A stretch of DNA of 64,000 nucleotides. Source: Flavobacteriales bacterium. GTDB taxonomy: Bacteria > Bacteroidota > Bacteroidia > Flavobacteriales > UBA7312. Each line of letters opens with the position of its first letter. Within the stretch, counting starts at the first letter, position 1. This document shows positions 18,088-28,069 of this stretch, one piece after another. The notes under the pieces are model-generated. The model was not told where the DNA came from. It saw only the letters and a program-made list of their open reading frames with translations, and searched no databases. A program made the position numbers and the translations under genes. The stretch spans positions 128,369 through 192,368 of the forward strand of contig JADHMQ010000001.1 in the NCBI GenBank assembly GCA_016779935.1, read 5' to 3'.

Positions 18088-19464
18088 TCATAACAAGTCT
18101 TTTGAAGTCAGTTTTTGTATTCCTATTAAATGGTCGTATTGTTCACCTGTTGGTCGGTGGTAGATGTATATTTTATAATCGTTTACTGTTTGGTAATGCG
18201 TGCCTTCAATGAATCGACTTAGGCTACCGCCTTCATTTTTCTTAAAAACGTATTCATAGTTGTAGTAGCCTTGTTTGAGGTAAATGTTGGCTTCATATAT
18301 TCCTTTCTCTTCATTGAAGTGCATTTTGTGAGTTTCGGGGAAACCGTAATCGCTAATCTGTCCATGAACATAAAGTTCGCCATGAGTAATTTCATGTTGA
18401 TAGGGCAGTGAGAATTTCACTAAAGCATAGTCGGCTTCTATATTGTCTCTGCTGCCTTCTTGCACACGAATTAGGCGTTTGCCGTTTATGTCTTGAACTA
18501 GATTGGAATAACGCTGAAAACGTCTTTCGTTGTCTGTTCGTAACGTAATTTTATTGGTGTCGTTTTCGAAGCTAATATTGGCTAGGCGTTCGGACAAATA
18601 ACGTAGACTTTGACAGTCGAAAAAACGGTATTCGTTACCGCCATCAAAACAGTTTTCCTCTTCGTAATCGTAGGTTATTTCGTTGTCTTTAACGAAAACA
18701 GCTTCAAGACCACTCACTGCATTATCCCAACGGTCGTTTTGTGTAATTACGACTTTAATATCGCCAAAAGGATTGTCAATGGTATAGCCAGTATGCAGTA
18801 TGCTAAAGTCAATTTCATGCTGATAATTGCGTTGTTCCAAATCAGTGGCACGTTGGACCGTTCCTTCTACACTGACTTTTTTGTCTAATACCATCAAGCG
18901 TTTACTTAAAATGGGCTTGTTTTTTTCGCCTTCAGGGTATACAATCAATAGGTAATTTCCTGATAGTATAGGACGCATATTATTGGATGGAATGACGGCT
19001 TGGTAATGTATGTAAGGCTGAATAGTATTGAAGGAAAAGTTGTAGTTGATGAGTGGTTCTTCGTAAAAACCTTCTAGGTATTCGTTTTGTAAGAGGTCTG
19101 AGGGAGTCCAATCGGCACTGCAATGAATGAGAGAATACATATAGTTTTTGGGGCTGTTAGTGAGATCGTCAAAAGACAATAAAAGGCTGTCTTTATCATT
19201 GAGATGAATCAACGGGCTGCCCATTTCAAAACCAACTGGGTGAAGTAAAACTGTTTTGATATCGCTATTATAAATGGCATTTTCATAGCTTAATATTTGC
19301 GCTGTTTTTTCTAACTCAAGCCCATTTTCTTCCAATGTTTCTATAATTACATCGTCAGTATCGTCATCGTATAAAGAGTCAGTGTTTGTGCTTACTTTCT
19401 TAGAGCCGCCACATGACACCAATAATATACTAGAAAAAAACAGGAGAATAGAGGTGTATTTCAA
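18088..19464 (-). CDS. Bacteroidota lipoprotein, DUF5103-like (possibly the T9SS plug-protein family)
   Basis: Lipobox 'LLVSCGG'. The 'IHCSADWTPSDLLQNEYLEGF' segment resembles DUF5103 as I recall it. The function call is tentative. Confidence 0.5.
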   Translation of the reverse strand: MKYTSILLFFSSILLVSCGGSKKVSTNTDSLYDDDTDDVIIETLEENGLELEKTAQILSYENAIYNSDIKTVLLHPVGFEMGSPLIHLNDKDSLLLSFDDLTNSPKNYMYSLIHCSADWTPSDLLQNEYLEGFYEEPLINYNFSFNTIQPYIHYQAVIPSNNMRPILSGNYLLIVYPEGEKNKPILSKRLMVLDKKVSVEGTVQRATDLEQRNYQHEIDFSILHTGYTIDNPFGDIKVVITQNDRWDNAVSGLEAVFVKDNEITYDYEEENCFDGGNEYRFFDCQSLRYLSERLANISFENDTNKITLRTDNERRFQRYSNLVQDINGKRLIRVQEGSRDNIEADYALVKFSLPYQHEITHGELYVHGQISDYGFPETHKMHFNEEKGIYEANIYLKQGYYNYEYVFKKNEGGSLSRFIEGTHYQTVNDYKIYIYHRPTGEQYDHLIGIQKLTSKDLL

Positions 19465-19623
19465 GGTAATTTTGAGTTAAAATTTAACGTTCATTTTATT
19501 GTGTTAACGACTCTCTTATTTAGAATCATTATAAATTAAAAATTCTTATTCAGCCTTGGGCTATATAGTTTCTTACAAATGTATATTTTTGCGACCGAAA
19601 ATCACAATTTTTTAGAAAAAGAG

Positions 19624-20976
19624 ATGTCAAAAGATATCAGATTAAAAAAAGGCCTTAATATTAACCTCAAAGGAGAGGCCGACAAAGTTTACGCCAGTAT
19701 ACCACAATCCGATTTATTTAGTTTAAAGCCCACCGACTTTCATGGACTTACACCTAAACTGACCGTTAAAGCAGGGGATAAAGTGAAGGCTGGTTCATGC
19801 TTATTTTTCGATAAGTACAACGATCGTGTTCGTTTTTCTTCGCCAGTTAGTGGTGAGGTTACGGATATTGTTCGTGGAGCAAAGCGAAGAATTTTAGAAG
19901 TAAAACTGAAGGCGGATGCTGAAACAAAGTATGAATCTTTTTCAACTTTGGATGCTGGTGCAAGTAGAGAACAAATCATTGAAGGTTTATTAGAAAGTGG
20001 TGTTTGGCCTTTTATTCGCCAAAAGCCATTTGATATCATTGCCAACCCAATAGATACACCAAAGGCTATATTTATTTCAACTTTTAACACAGCTCCTTTA
20101 GCTCCGGATAACGATTTCGTTCTTCATGGTCTTGATAGTGAGTTTCAGACTGGTGTCAACTTTTTGAAGAAGTTAACGGATGGTGTAGTACACTTGAATG
20201 TTGATGGCAATACTAATCCTTCAAAAGTTTTTACGTCTTGTAAAGGCGTTCAAATCAACAAAGTATCGGGAATGCACCCTGCTGGAAATGTAGGGGTTCA
20301 AATTCACCATATAGACCCTATCAACAAAGGCGATGTGGTGTGGTATTTATACCCACAAGATGTATTGACCATTGCACGTTTATTTAGCGAAGGCAAATAC
20401 GATGTATCTAGAATTGTTGCTTTAACAGGTCCACAGGTTGAAAAGCCACGTTATTACAGAACTATAGCAGGTGCTACTATCAAAAACCTATTGGATGAAA
20501 ATACGTTGATAGGTGATAACAACCGTTTTATAAGTGGTGATGTATTGACTGGAGAAAAGATTGAAAAAGATGGAAATATCGGATTTTACGATTCTCAAGT
20601 GACCGTTATCGAAGAAGGAAATAAACAAGAATTTTTAGGGTGGATAGCACCTAATTTAGATAAGTTCTCTTTGTCTAAATCGTATTTTTCATGGTTAACG
20701 CCATCGAAAAAGTATTCTCTAAACACCAATTACAATGGTGAAGGGAGGGCTTATGTAGTTACTGGTCAGTACGAGAAGGTATTACCAATGGATATTTATC
20801 CAATGCAACTTATAAAAGCCTGTTTGATTGATGATATTGATTCAATGGAACAATTGGGGATTTATGAAATATCTCCTGAAGATGTTGCACTTTGCGAATT
20901 TATATGTACTTCTAAAATGGAAGTGCAGTCCATTATTCGTAAAGGCTTAGATTTAATTAAAAAAGAATGTAGTTAG
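19624..20976 (+). CDS. nqrA: Na+-translocating NADH-quinone reductase subunit A
   Basis: 'IRLKKGLNINLKGEA' N-terminus. It is the first gene of a contiguous nqrA-F set. I chose the start at MSKDIRL. Confidence 0.9.
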   Translation: MSKDIRLKKGLNINLKGEADKVYASIPQSDLFSLKPTDFHGLTPKLTVKAGDKVKAGSCLFFDKYNDRVRFSSPVSGEVTDIVRGAKRRILEVKLKADAETKYESFSTLDAGASREQIIEGLLESGVWPFIRQKPFDIIANPIDTPKAIFISTFNTAPLAPDNDFVLHGLDSEFQTGVNFLKKLTDGVVHLNVDGNTNPSKVFTSCKGVQINKVSGMHPAGNVGVQIHHIDPINKGDVVWYLYPQDVLTIARLFSEGKYDVSRIVALTGPQVEKPRYYRTIAGATIKNLLDENTLIGDNNRFISGDVLTGEKIEKDGNIGFYDSQVTVIEEGNKQEFLGWIAPNLDKFSLSKSYFSWLTPSKKYSLNTNYNGEGRAYVVTGQYEKVLPMDIYPMQLIKACLIDDIDSMEQLGIYEISPEDVALCEFICTSKMEVQSIIRKGLDLIKKECS

Positions 20977-22122
20977 ATGAAACTATTTAAGAATTTATTA
21001 GGCTCTGTAAAGCCACATTTTGAGAAGGGAGGAAAATTGGAGAAGTTATATCCGGCATATGACGCTTTTGAAACTTTTCTATTTGTTCCTGACCACACTA
21101 CACATAAAGGTGCTCACGTTCGTGATGCTATTGATTTGAAGCGTACTATGTTTATGGTAATTATTGCCCTAGTACCGTGTTTACTTTTCGGTATGTGGAA
21201 TGTAGGGTATCAATACCATTTAGCAATAGGAGAGACAGCAACTTTAGTTGAAAACTTCGTCTTCGGATTTTGGAAGTTTTTACCTCTAATCATTGTTTCT
21301 TATGTAGTAGGATTAGCAGTAGAGTTTGCTTTTGCGATCTACAGAGGACACTCAGTAAATGAGGGTTACCTTGTTACAGGTTTATTAATTCCATTGACTA
21401 TGCCTATTGATGTGCCACTATGGATGTTGGCTATTTCGGTAATCTTTGCAGTTGTTATTGGTAAAGAAGTATTTGGAGGTACAGGAATGAATATTTTGAA
21501 TCCTGCACTTACAGCAAGAGCCTTTTTGTTCTTTGCTTATCCTATATATATGTCTGGTGACAAAGTATGGGTATACAACGCTATGGTTGATGGTCATTCA
21601 GGTTCTACCATTTTAGGAGAGTTGGCAGCTTCAACCAATTGGCAATCCCTTTCGTGGAATCCATTTGATATGATGACGGGTATTATTCCAGGCTCTGTAG
21701 GAGAGACCTCTTTTATTGCAATTATGATAGGCGCTGTTATTCTAATTGCTTCTGGAATCGGAAGTTGGAGAATTATCTTATCCACTTTTGTTGGTGGTTT
21801 CGTGATGGCTACACTATTTAACATGTGGGGTGCTAATGAGCTTATGTCTACACCAGCAGAGATACACCTTATAATAGGTAGTTTTGCTTTTGGTGCGGTC
21901 TTCATGGCAACTGACCCTGTAACTGGCTCACAAACGAATAAAGGAAAATACATATACGGCTTTTTGATTGGTGTTTTTGCCATTCTAATTCGTGTGTTTA
22001 ACCCAGCTTATCCGGAAGGAATGATGTTGGCAATACTCTTGATGAACATATTTGCTCCACTAGTAGACCATTATGTGATTCAAGGAAATATTAAAAGAAG
22101 ATTAAAACGAGCAAACGCTTAA
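20977..22122 (+). CDS. nqrB: Na+-NQR subunit B
   Basis: Polytopic membrane protein with the 'MATDPVTGSQT' FMN-attachment region. It starts immediately after the nqrA stop. Confidence 0.9.
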   Translation: MKLFKNLLGSVKPHFEKGGKLEKLYPAYDAFETFLFVPDHTTHKGAHVRDAIDLKRTMFMVIIALVPCLLFGMWNVGYQYHLAIGETATLVENFVFGFWKFLPLIIVSYVVGLAVEFAFAIYRGHSVNEGYLVTGLLIPLTMPIDVPLWMLAISVIFAVVIGKEVFGGTGMNILNPALTARAFLFFAYPIYMSGDKVWVYNAMVDGHSGSTILGELAASTNWQSLSWNPFDMMTGIIPGSVGETSFIAIMIGAVILIASGIGSWRIILSTFVGGFVMATLFNMWGANELMSTPAEIHLIIGSFAFGAVFMATDPVTGSQTNKGKYIYGFLIGVFAILIRVFNPAYPEGMMLAILLMNIFAPLVDHYVIQGNIKRRLKRANA

Positions 22123-22127
22123 TAATT

Positions 22128-22895
22128 ATGGATGCAAATAAAAATTCGTACACATTTAGTTTTGCTGCTGTCATGGTTGTTTTGGTGGCTACCTTATTGT
22201 CTGTTGCAGCAATTAGCCTAAAGCCATTTCAAGATAAGAATGTGGAAGCAGAAAAAAAACAAAATATTCTTTCTACTCTAGGTATTGAAGTAAGTAGAGA
22301 AGATGCTGCTAAAGTGTATAAAGAGAGAATTACAACGTCTTACGTTTTGAACAATAAAGGTGAAGTTGTTGAGGGTGATGCCTTTACCGTTGATTTGGGT
22401 GTTGAGTTAAAAAAGCCTGTTGATCAGCAAGTATTCCCTGTATTCGAAGGAGAAAAAAACGGTCAAAAATCATATATACTTCCAATGAGAGGTAAAGGAT
22501 TATGGGGACCAATCTGGGGCTATTTAGCACTTCAAGATGATATGAGTACTGTTTCTGGTGCTGTATTTGATCACAAAAGTGAAACACCTGGTCTTGGAGC
22601 AGAGATTTCTTTAGGATGGTTTCAAGAGCCATTTATTGGTAAAACCATTTTTGACGGAACAGAATTTAAATCAATTAAAGTTGTTAAAGGCGGTGCAAAA
22701 GAAGACGATATGCACGGCGTGGACGGTATTTCTGGAGGAACAATTACTTCAGACGGTGTTTCGGAAATGTTGGACGAGCGTTTGTCCAAATACCTTCCAT
22801 TCTTTAACCAAAAATTAAGTGAAATGATAGAGGTAGAGGCTGACACTCTTTTAGTGGATAGCCTTCAAGCTCTTACCCTAAATACTATCGACTAA
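22128..22895 (+). CDS. nqrC: Na+-NQR subunit C
   Basis: N-terminal TM helix, 'ETPGLGAEI' and the 'GISGGTITS' flavinylation motif. Confidence 0.9.
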   Translation: MDANKNSYTFSFAAVMVVLVATLLSVAAISLKPFQDKNVEAEKKQNILSTLGIEVSREDAAKVYKERITTSYVLNNKGEVVEGDAFTVDLGVELKKPVDQQVFPVFEGEKNGQKSYILPMRGKGLWGPIWGYLALQDDMSTVSGAVFDHKSETPGLGAEISLGWFQEPFIGKTIFDGTEFKSIKVVKGGAKEDDMHGVDGISGGTITSDGVSEMLDERLSKYLPFFNQKLSEMIEVEADTLLVDSLQALTLNTID

Positions 22896-23542
22896 TGAGT
22901 GAAAAGAAAGAACCTTTATTTTCAAAGAAAAATAGAAAGCTCCTCAAAGACCCGCTAAACGATAATAACCCGGTAACTACTCAGGTACTCGGTATTTGTT
23001 CGGCTTTAGCAATTACAGTACAATTGAAGCCAGCCATTGTTATGGCATTATCTGTTCTCGTGGTCTTATCAGTAGCGAATGTGGTGGTTTCATTAATGAG
23101 GAATTTAATCCCTTCAAGAATTAGAATTATCGTTCAGCTTGTAGTTATTGCAACTTTAGTAATTCTGGTAGACCAAGTATTAAAGGCCTTTGTATATGAT
23201 GTGAGTAAGGAATTATCCGTATTTGTCGGTTTAATCATTACGAACTGTATCATCATGGGTCGATTAGAAGCTTTTGCTTTAGGCAACAAGCCTTGGAAAT
23301 CCTTTTTGGACGGTTTAGGTAATGCCTTTGGTTACGGTTGGATTTTGATAGCAGTAGCTTTCTTTAGAGAATTACTAGGTGCTGGAACCTTATTCGGTTA
23401 CCCTGTCTTAGAAAAACTCGGACTTTATGAGATGGGTTACGAAAACAATGGTATGATGATTTTGCCTCCAATGGCTTTGGTAACAGTAGGTATTATCATC
23501 TGGATACAACGAATGAAAAACAGAGATTTAATAGAGTCTTAA
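22895..23542 (+). CDS. nqrD: Na+-NQR subunit D
   Basis: '[13 protein letters not shown]' motif, six TM helices, operon position. Confidence 0.9.
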   Translation: MSEKKEPLFSKKNRKLLKDPLNDNNPVTTQVLGICSALAITVQLKPAIVMALSVLVVLSVANVVVSLMRNLIPSRIRIIVQLVVIATLVILVDQVLKAFVYDVSKELSVFVGLIITNCIIMGRLEAFALGNKPWKSFLDGLGNAFGYGWILIAVAFFRELLGAGTLFGYPVLEKLGLYEMGYENNGMMILPPMALVTVGIIIWIQRMKNRDLIES

Positions 23543-23552
23543 TCGATATATT

Positions 23553-24170
23553 ATGCAAGAATTAGTAAACATATTTATAAAGTCAATTTTTATTGACAAC
23601 ATGATATTCGCCTATTTTTTAGGAATGTGTTCCTATTTGGCAGTATCCAAAACAGTAAAGACTTCTGTTGGTATGGGCTTTGCGGTAATTTTCGTACTAG
23701 GAATTACTATACCAATCAACTATTTACTAGAGAATTATGTGCTTAAGCAAGGGGCTTTAATTTGGCTCGGTGATTCTTTCGCTGATGTAGATTTAAGTTT
23801 CTTGAGCTTCATCATGTTTATCGCTGTCATTGCATCTATGGTGCAGTTGGTAGAAATGATTGTTGAGAAAATATCTCCAGCACTTTACGGTTCACTAGGA
23901 ATCTTTTTACCGCTTATCGCAGTAAACTGTGCCATCTTGGGTGGCTCACTATTTATGCAAGAAAGAGCATACAATTCTATAGTAGAGGCAACCGTCTTTG
24001 GTTTAGGCTCTGGAATTGGATGGTTTTTAGCTATTGTAGCTATTGCAGCCATTCGTGAAAAAATTAGATATTCTCATGTGCCAGGACCTCTAAGAGGATT
24101 AGGTATCACCTTTATCATCACAGGTCTTATGGGGATAGCTTTTATGAGCTTTATGGGAATAAAATTATAA
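23553..24170 (+). CDS. nqrE: Na+-NQR subunit E
   Basis: '[11 protein letters not shown]' and '[10 protein letters not shown]' motifs, operon position. Confidence 0.9.
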   Translation: MQELVNIFIKSIFIDNMIFAYFLGMCSYLAVSKTVKTSVGMGFAVIFVLGITIPINYLLENYVLKQGALIWLGDSFADVDLSFLSFIMFIAVIASMVQLVEMIVEKISPALYGSLGIFLPLIAVNCAILGGSLFMQERAYNSIVEATVFGLGSGIGWFLAIVAIAAIREKIRYSHVPGPLRGLGITFIITGLMGIAFMSFMGIKL

Positions 24171-24188
24171 TTCGTACAAGAACAGACA

Positions 24189-25496
24189 ATGATAATATTA
24201 AGTACAACAGTAATAGTTTCAAGTATAGCCATCTTTTTGGTTATGATTTTGGCATTGGTAAGCATTCTTTTGTTTGCAAAATCCAAGTTAATGCCAGCTG
24301 GAAAAGTAAAAATCACTATCAATGGTGAGAAGGAAATAGAAGTAGACGGTGGCTCTACACTTCTCAATACCCTAAGTAATGAAGGTATCTTTTTACCATC
24401 GGCTTGTGGTGGTGGTGGAACGTGTATTCAGTGTACCTGCCAAGTGCATGATGGTGGTGGAAGTATTCTACCAACTGAAGAGCCTCACTTCTCCAAGAAA
24501 GAAATTGCTGATGACTTTCGTTTAGGTTGTCAAGTAAAGGTAAAGGAAGATATGAAAATCTCTATTCCAGAGGAAGTCTTTGGAGTAAAGAAATGGGAAG
24601 CAACAGTAGTATCTAACTACAATGTAGCCTCTTTTATTAAAGAATTTATTGTAGAGGTTCCTGAAGATATGCCATACGAAGCGGGTGGATATATTCAAAT
24701 TGAAATTCCTGATTGTGAGATAAACTACTCTGATATTGATATTACTGCTCACCCTACTGAGCATCCAGGAGAAGAAGATAAATTTAAAATGGAGTGGGAT
24801 AACTTCGGTTTATGGCCACTAAAAATGAAGAATGACGAAGAAGTGGTAAGAGCATATTCCATGGCTTCATATCCTGCTGAAGGAAGAAAAATTATGCTTA
24901 ACGTTCGTGTGGCTACGCCACCATGGGACAGAGCAAAGAATGCTTGGGCGGATGTAAATCCTGGTGTAGCATCTTCTTATATTTTCAGTAGAAAAGCGGG
25001 TGATAAAGTAACTATTTCAGGACCTTATGGTGAGTTCTTTATAAATAACTCAGAAGCAGAAATGCTTTATATCGGTGGTGGTGCTGGTATGGCACCAATG
25101 CGTTCTCACCTTTATGAATTATTTAAGACCCTAAAGACTGGTCGTAAAGTAAGTTACTGGTATGGTGGACGTTCTAAAAGAGAATTATTCTACCTAGACC
25201 ATTTTTACAGTCTAGAAAAAGAATTCCCTAACTTCAATTTTGAACTCGTTCTATCAGAGCCTCTTGAAGAAGATAATTGGACTGAGAAGAAAGACTTAAG
25301 TGATAAAGATGGAGACGGTTTTGTAGGTTTTGTTCACCAAGCAGTGATTGATCAATACCTTAGTAAACACGAAGCTCCAGAAGATATTGAACTGTATTTC
25401 TGTGGACCCCCACTGATGAATCAGGCTGTTCTAAAAATGGCTGATGATTGGGGTATTCCAGATGAAAATGTTCGTTTTGACGACTTTGGTGGCTAA
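24189..25496 (+). CDS. nqrF: Na+-NQR subunit F (2Fe-2S ferredoxin and FAD/NADH-binding domains)
   Basis: '[10 protein letters not shown]' 2Fe-2S motif, 'RAYSMAS' FAD motif and '[11 protein letters not shown]' NAD motif. Confidence 0.95.
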   Translation: MIILSTTVIVSSIAIFLVMILALVSILLFAKSKLMPAGKVKITINGEKEIEVDGGSTLLNTLSNEGIFLPSACGGGGTCIQCTCQVHDGGGSILPTEEPHFSKKEIADDFRLGCQVKVKEDMKISIPEEVFGVKKWEATVVSNYNVASFIKEFIVEVPEDMPYEAGGYIQIEIPDCEINYSDIDITAHPTEHPGEEDKFKMEWDNFGLWPLKMKNDEEVVRAYSMASYPAEGRKIMLNVRVATPPWDRAKNAWADVNPGVASSYIFSRKAGDKVTISGPYGEFFINNSEAEMLYIGGGAGMAPMRSHLYELFKTLKTGRKVSYWYGGRSKRELFYLDHFYSLEKEFPNFNFELVLSEPLEEDNWTEKKDLSDKDGDGFVGFVHQAVIDQYLSKHEAPEDIELYFCGPPLMNQAVLKMADDWGIPDENVRFDDFGG

Positions 25497-25520
25497 GCCA
25501 ATTAAGCAGTCTAAACTCAA

Positions 25521-25550
25521 AAAAGCTCTACTTCTTGTAGGGCTTTTTTT
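25521..25550 (+). terminator. Rho-independent terminator after nqrF
   Basis: AAAAGCTCTAC-TTCTT-GTAGGGCTTTT gives a 7-bp stem with one G-U pair, followed by T7. Confidence 0.7.
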
Positions 25551-25598
25551 ATGATATATATCATATTATACTTCTACTTTGCCTCTTAACTTGCTCTA

Positions 25599-26963
25599 AT
25601 GAGTTTAGTGAAGAAATACAATGTAGCAGGACCAAGATATACTAGCTATCCTACAGTACCCTATTGGGATACTGAAAAATTTAGAGTGAAGGCTTGGAAA
25701 AAGAGCCTTATAAAGTCAATTGACGAAAGTAATGAAGAACAAGGAATCAGTTTATACATTCACCTACCATTCTGTGAGCAGATGTGTACATTTTGCGGAT
25801 GTCATAAGCACATAACCCAGCGGCACGATGATGTAGAAACACCTTATATACATGCTTTATTGAAAGAGTGGAAAATTTATCTTTCTTTTTTTAAGGAAAC
25901 GCCCCAATTAAAAGAATTACATATCGGCGGTGGTACTCCAACATTCTTTGCTCCAGAACGATTATCTTTTTTTATTGATCAATTGCTATCTACTGTACGA
26001 ATTGCCGACAAACCTTCTTTTAGTATTGAAGGACATCCTAACAACACCTCTTATGAACACATGGAGGTATTGTACAATAGGGGCTTTAAACGTATTAGTT
26101 TTGGCGTTCAAGACTACGATGAATATGTTCAGCAAAAGATTAATAGAGTACAATCCTTTGAAGAAGTGAAATCAGTAACAGATGATGCTCGAAAAATTGG
26201 TTATACATCAATATGTCATGATTTAGTATATGGCTTGCCATTTCAAAATTTAGATGGCTTTACAGATAGTATTAAAAAGACCATACTGCTAAAACCCGAT
26301 AGAATAGCCTTGTACAGTTATGCTCATGTACCTTGGATAAAAGGTTTAGGACAACGTGGTTTTTCTGAAGAGGATCTTCCTTCACCAAAGGAAAAATTAA
26401 TGATGTCTGAGAAAGCAAAAGAAATGTTATTAGAAATTGGCTACCATTCCATAGGCATGGATCATTACGCTCAAGAAACAGATTCTCTTTATAAATCGTA
26501 TCAATCAAACAGCATTCATAGAAACTTTATGGGTTATAATTCCTCCAAAACTCAGCTCATGATTGGTCTTGGAGTGTCGTCAATAATTGATTCGTGGTAT
26601 TCTTTTGCCCAAAACACTAAAAATTTAAATGAATATTATTCTTTAATTACCAAAGGAGAAATACCCGTAGTTAAAGGTCATCACCTCAGTCCTGAAGATT
26701 TAATTAGGCGTAAACACATACTAAACCTCATGTGTCAGTTTGAAACTTCTTGGAGCCATAAGGGTTCGTTTTCATCAATAATTAACGAAATTATTGTAAA
26801 ATTAGATGAAATGCGTAAAGATGGTCTAATAAAATTAACTAACAATTCTATTCATATTACTGCTAAAGGAAGACCTTTTGTTAGAAATGTATGTATGGCA
26901 TTTGACTATTATCTCAATCAATTTTATAAGAAGAACGATAAGATTTTTTCAAAGACGATTTAA
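25599..26963 (+). CDS. hemN: Oxygen-independent coproporphyrinogen III oxidase (radical SAM)
   Basis: 'YIHLPFCEQMCTFCGC' CxxxCxxC radical-SAM motif. It is 454 aa with a HemN-like N-terminus 'KYNVAGPRYTSYPT'. Confidence 0.9.
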   Translation: MSLVKKYNVAGPRYTSYPTVPYWDTEKFRVKAWKKSLIKSIDESNEEQGISLYIHLPFCEQMCTFCGCHKHITQRHDDVETPYIHALLKEWKIYLSFFKETPQLKELHIGGGTPTFFAPERLSFFIDQLLSTVRIADKPSFSIEGHPNNTSYEHMEVLYNRGFKRISFGVQDYDEYVQQKINRVQSFEEVKSVTDDARKIGYTSICHDLVYGLPFQNLDGFTDSIKKTILLKPDRIALYSYAHVPWIKGLGQRGFSEEDLPSPKEKLMMSEKAKEMLLEIGYHSIGMDHYAQETDSLYKSYQSNSIHRNFMGYNSSKTQLMIGLGVSSIIDSWYSFAQNTKNLNEYYSLITKGEIPVVKGHHLSPEDLIRRKHILNLMCQFETSWSHKGSFSSIINEIIVKLDEMRKDGLIKLTNNSIHITAKGRPFVRNVCMAFDYYLNQFYKKNDKIFSKTI

Positions 26964-26979
26964 TTTTTTTATTTAAATT

Positions 26980-27009
26980 TTGATAAAATAGTTTTAGGTT
27001 ATATATTTA
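26980..27009 (+). promoter_or_regulatory. Bacteroidota-type promoter (TTG-N19-TATATTTA) directly upstream of the structured RNA
   Basis: TTG at 26980-26982, a 19-nt spacer, then TATATTTA at 27002-27009. That box matches 7 of 8 positions of TAnnTTTG. Confidence 0.45.
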
Positions 27010-27012
27010 CGT

Positions 27013-27143
27013 CGTCTAAACACAATTCCAACCAATTATTATTTAAAATTCTTAACCTGACTACCCATACAGGGGGGTGGGTTAAGAGCCATATTTGGTT
27101 GTTATTTAGTGTTTAGACGCATTAAGCCCCCCTATTTTTTTTT
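27013..27143 (+). ncRNA. Candidate structured RNA (long three-helix hairpin, G6/C6 tertiary or terminator pairing, U9 tract). It could be an sRNA (6S-like shape) or a cis-regulatory leader.
   Basis: P1 is 27013-27023/27109-27119 (11 perfect bp). P2 is 27029-27035/27095-27101 (7 bp). P3 is 27049-27057/27080-27088 (8 Watson-Crick pairs and one G-U). The apical loop contains GGGGGG (27072-27077), which is complementary to CCCCCC (27127-27132) just before T9 (27135-27143). Confidence 0.45.
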
Positions 27144-27151
27144 CGGATTTG

Positions 27152-27331
27152 ATGAAATTAAAAAGAATAAGAGGAAAGTGCAAATGCGGGGATTCTAGAG
27201 TCATTATCAAAGAAAAACATTTAGATAGAATTAGATTTTTCTATGAAAGAGAATGGCATTCTATACTACTTCTATGCAGGCGTTGCAATTCTAAAATTCA
27301 TGATAACTTTCAACAGATTAAAAACGATTAA
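27152..27331 (+). CDS. Hypothetical small Cys-pair (CxC...CxxC) protein
   Basis: A 59-aa ORF with 'CKCGDS' and 'CRRCNS' pairs and no family I recognise. It may not be expressed. Confidence 0.3.
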   Translation: MKLKRIRGKCKCGDSRVIIKEKHLDRIRFFYEREWHSILLLCRRCNSKIHDNFQQIKND

Positions 27332-27360
27332 ATACCGTAGATTTGTGAAAAATTAGATGT

Positions 27361-27570
27361 ATGGAAACTAAAGATTGCAATGGTAATGTTTTAAAAAATG
27401 GCGATGTCGTAATTGTTAACAAAACTCTTGATGTTAAAGGCTCACCTATTGTGATAAAGAAAGGCACAAAAGTCAAAAACATTCGACTTACTGATGACCC
27501 TAAGGAAGTAGACTGCAAAGTAAACGGTACACGTTTAGTTCTAAAGACCATGTTTTTAAAGCGAAACTAA
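27361..27570 (+). CDS. PhnA/YjdM C-terminal-domain protein (short form)
   Basis: 'KDCNGNVLKNGDVVIVNKTLDVKGS...IKKGTKVKNIRL....EVDCKV.G....LKT.FLK' closely parallels the C-terminal half of E. coli YjdM. Confidence 0.8.
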   Translation: METKDCNGNVLKNGDVVIVNKTLDVKGSPIVIKKGTKVKNIRLTDDPKEVDCKVNGTRLVLKTMFLKRN

Positions 27571-27571
27571 C

Positions 27572-28027
27572 TTACCTCTTTATGCTTTCTTCATAGACTT
27601 TTATCCATTCTTCGGGAGTAATTTTTGTGCACAATTCCGTAACGAGACTGTATGGAATATCGTCTATGTATTTGAATCGAATACAGCTTTTTCCAATATC
27701 TAATTTTCGCTTACACTGTTGAGCAAATTCTTTCTCCCACCATTTTAATAAAGTATTGTCGGCATAGATACCCATATGGTATAAAGCAATAAAGTTTTTT
27801 TGTGAAGCTAAGCTCATAAAAGGCAATGGGAGATGTGGTGTAGTGTGGTAACCGCTAGGGTATAGGCTGTGAGGAACAACCCAGCTTGGCATACCATAAC
27901 CTAAGCATTCCTCAAAACCTTTGGGTAAATTGGCATTAATGATAGCCCTTAATTTATTCATACTTTCTTGCCGTTCAAAAGGTATATTTTTGAAATAATC
28001 ATTGACAGAATTGGCCTCAATTTTCAT
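27572..28027 (-). CDS. DUF1801 domain protein (YdhG-like)
   Basis: 'VNDYF.NIP..RQE.M.KLR..I...LP.GFEE...YGMP' pattern and small size. Confidence 0.65.
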   Translation of the reverse strand: MKIEANSVNDYFKNIPFERQESMNKLRAIINANLPKGFEECLGYGMPSWVVPHSLYPSGYHTTPHLPLPFMSLASQKNFIALYHMGIYADNTLLKWWEKEFAQQCKRKLDIGKSCIRFKYIDDIPYSLVTELCTKITPEEWIKVYEESIKR

Positions 28028-28069
28028 AATATAATAGTGTTTTAGTCTACAAAAGTATAATTTTGTAGC

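Noticed and set aside
27152-27570. Split PhnA/YjdM, with a zinc-ribbon ORF and a C-terminal-domain ORF from one frameshifted gene
   Set aside because: The 59-aa Cys-pair ORF bears no resemblance to the YjdM N-terminal zinc ribbon. It is separated by 29 nt containing stops, and short C-domain-only PhnA proteins are common.
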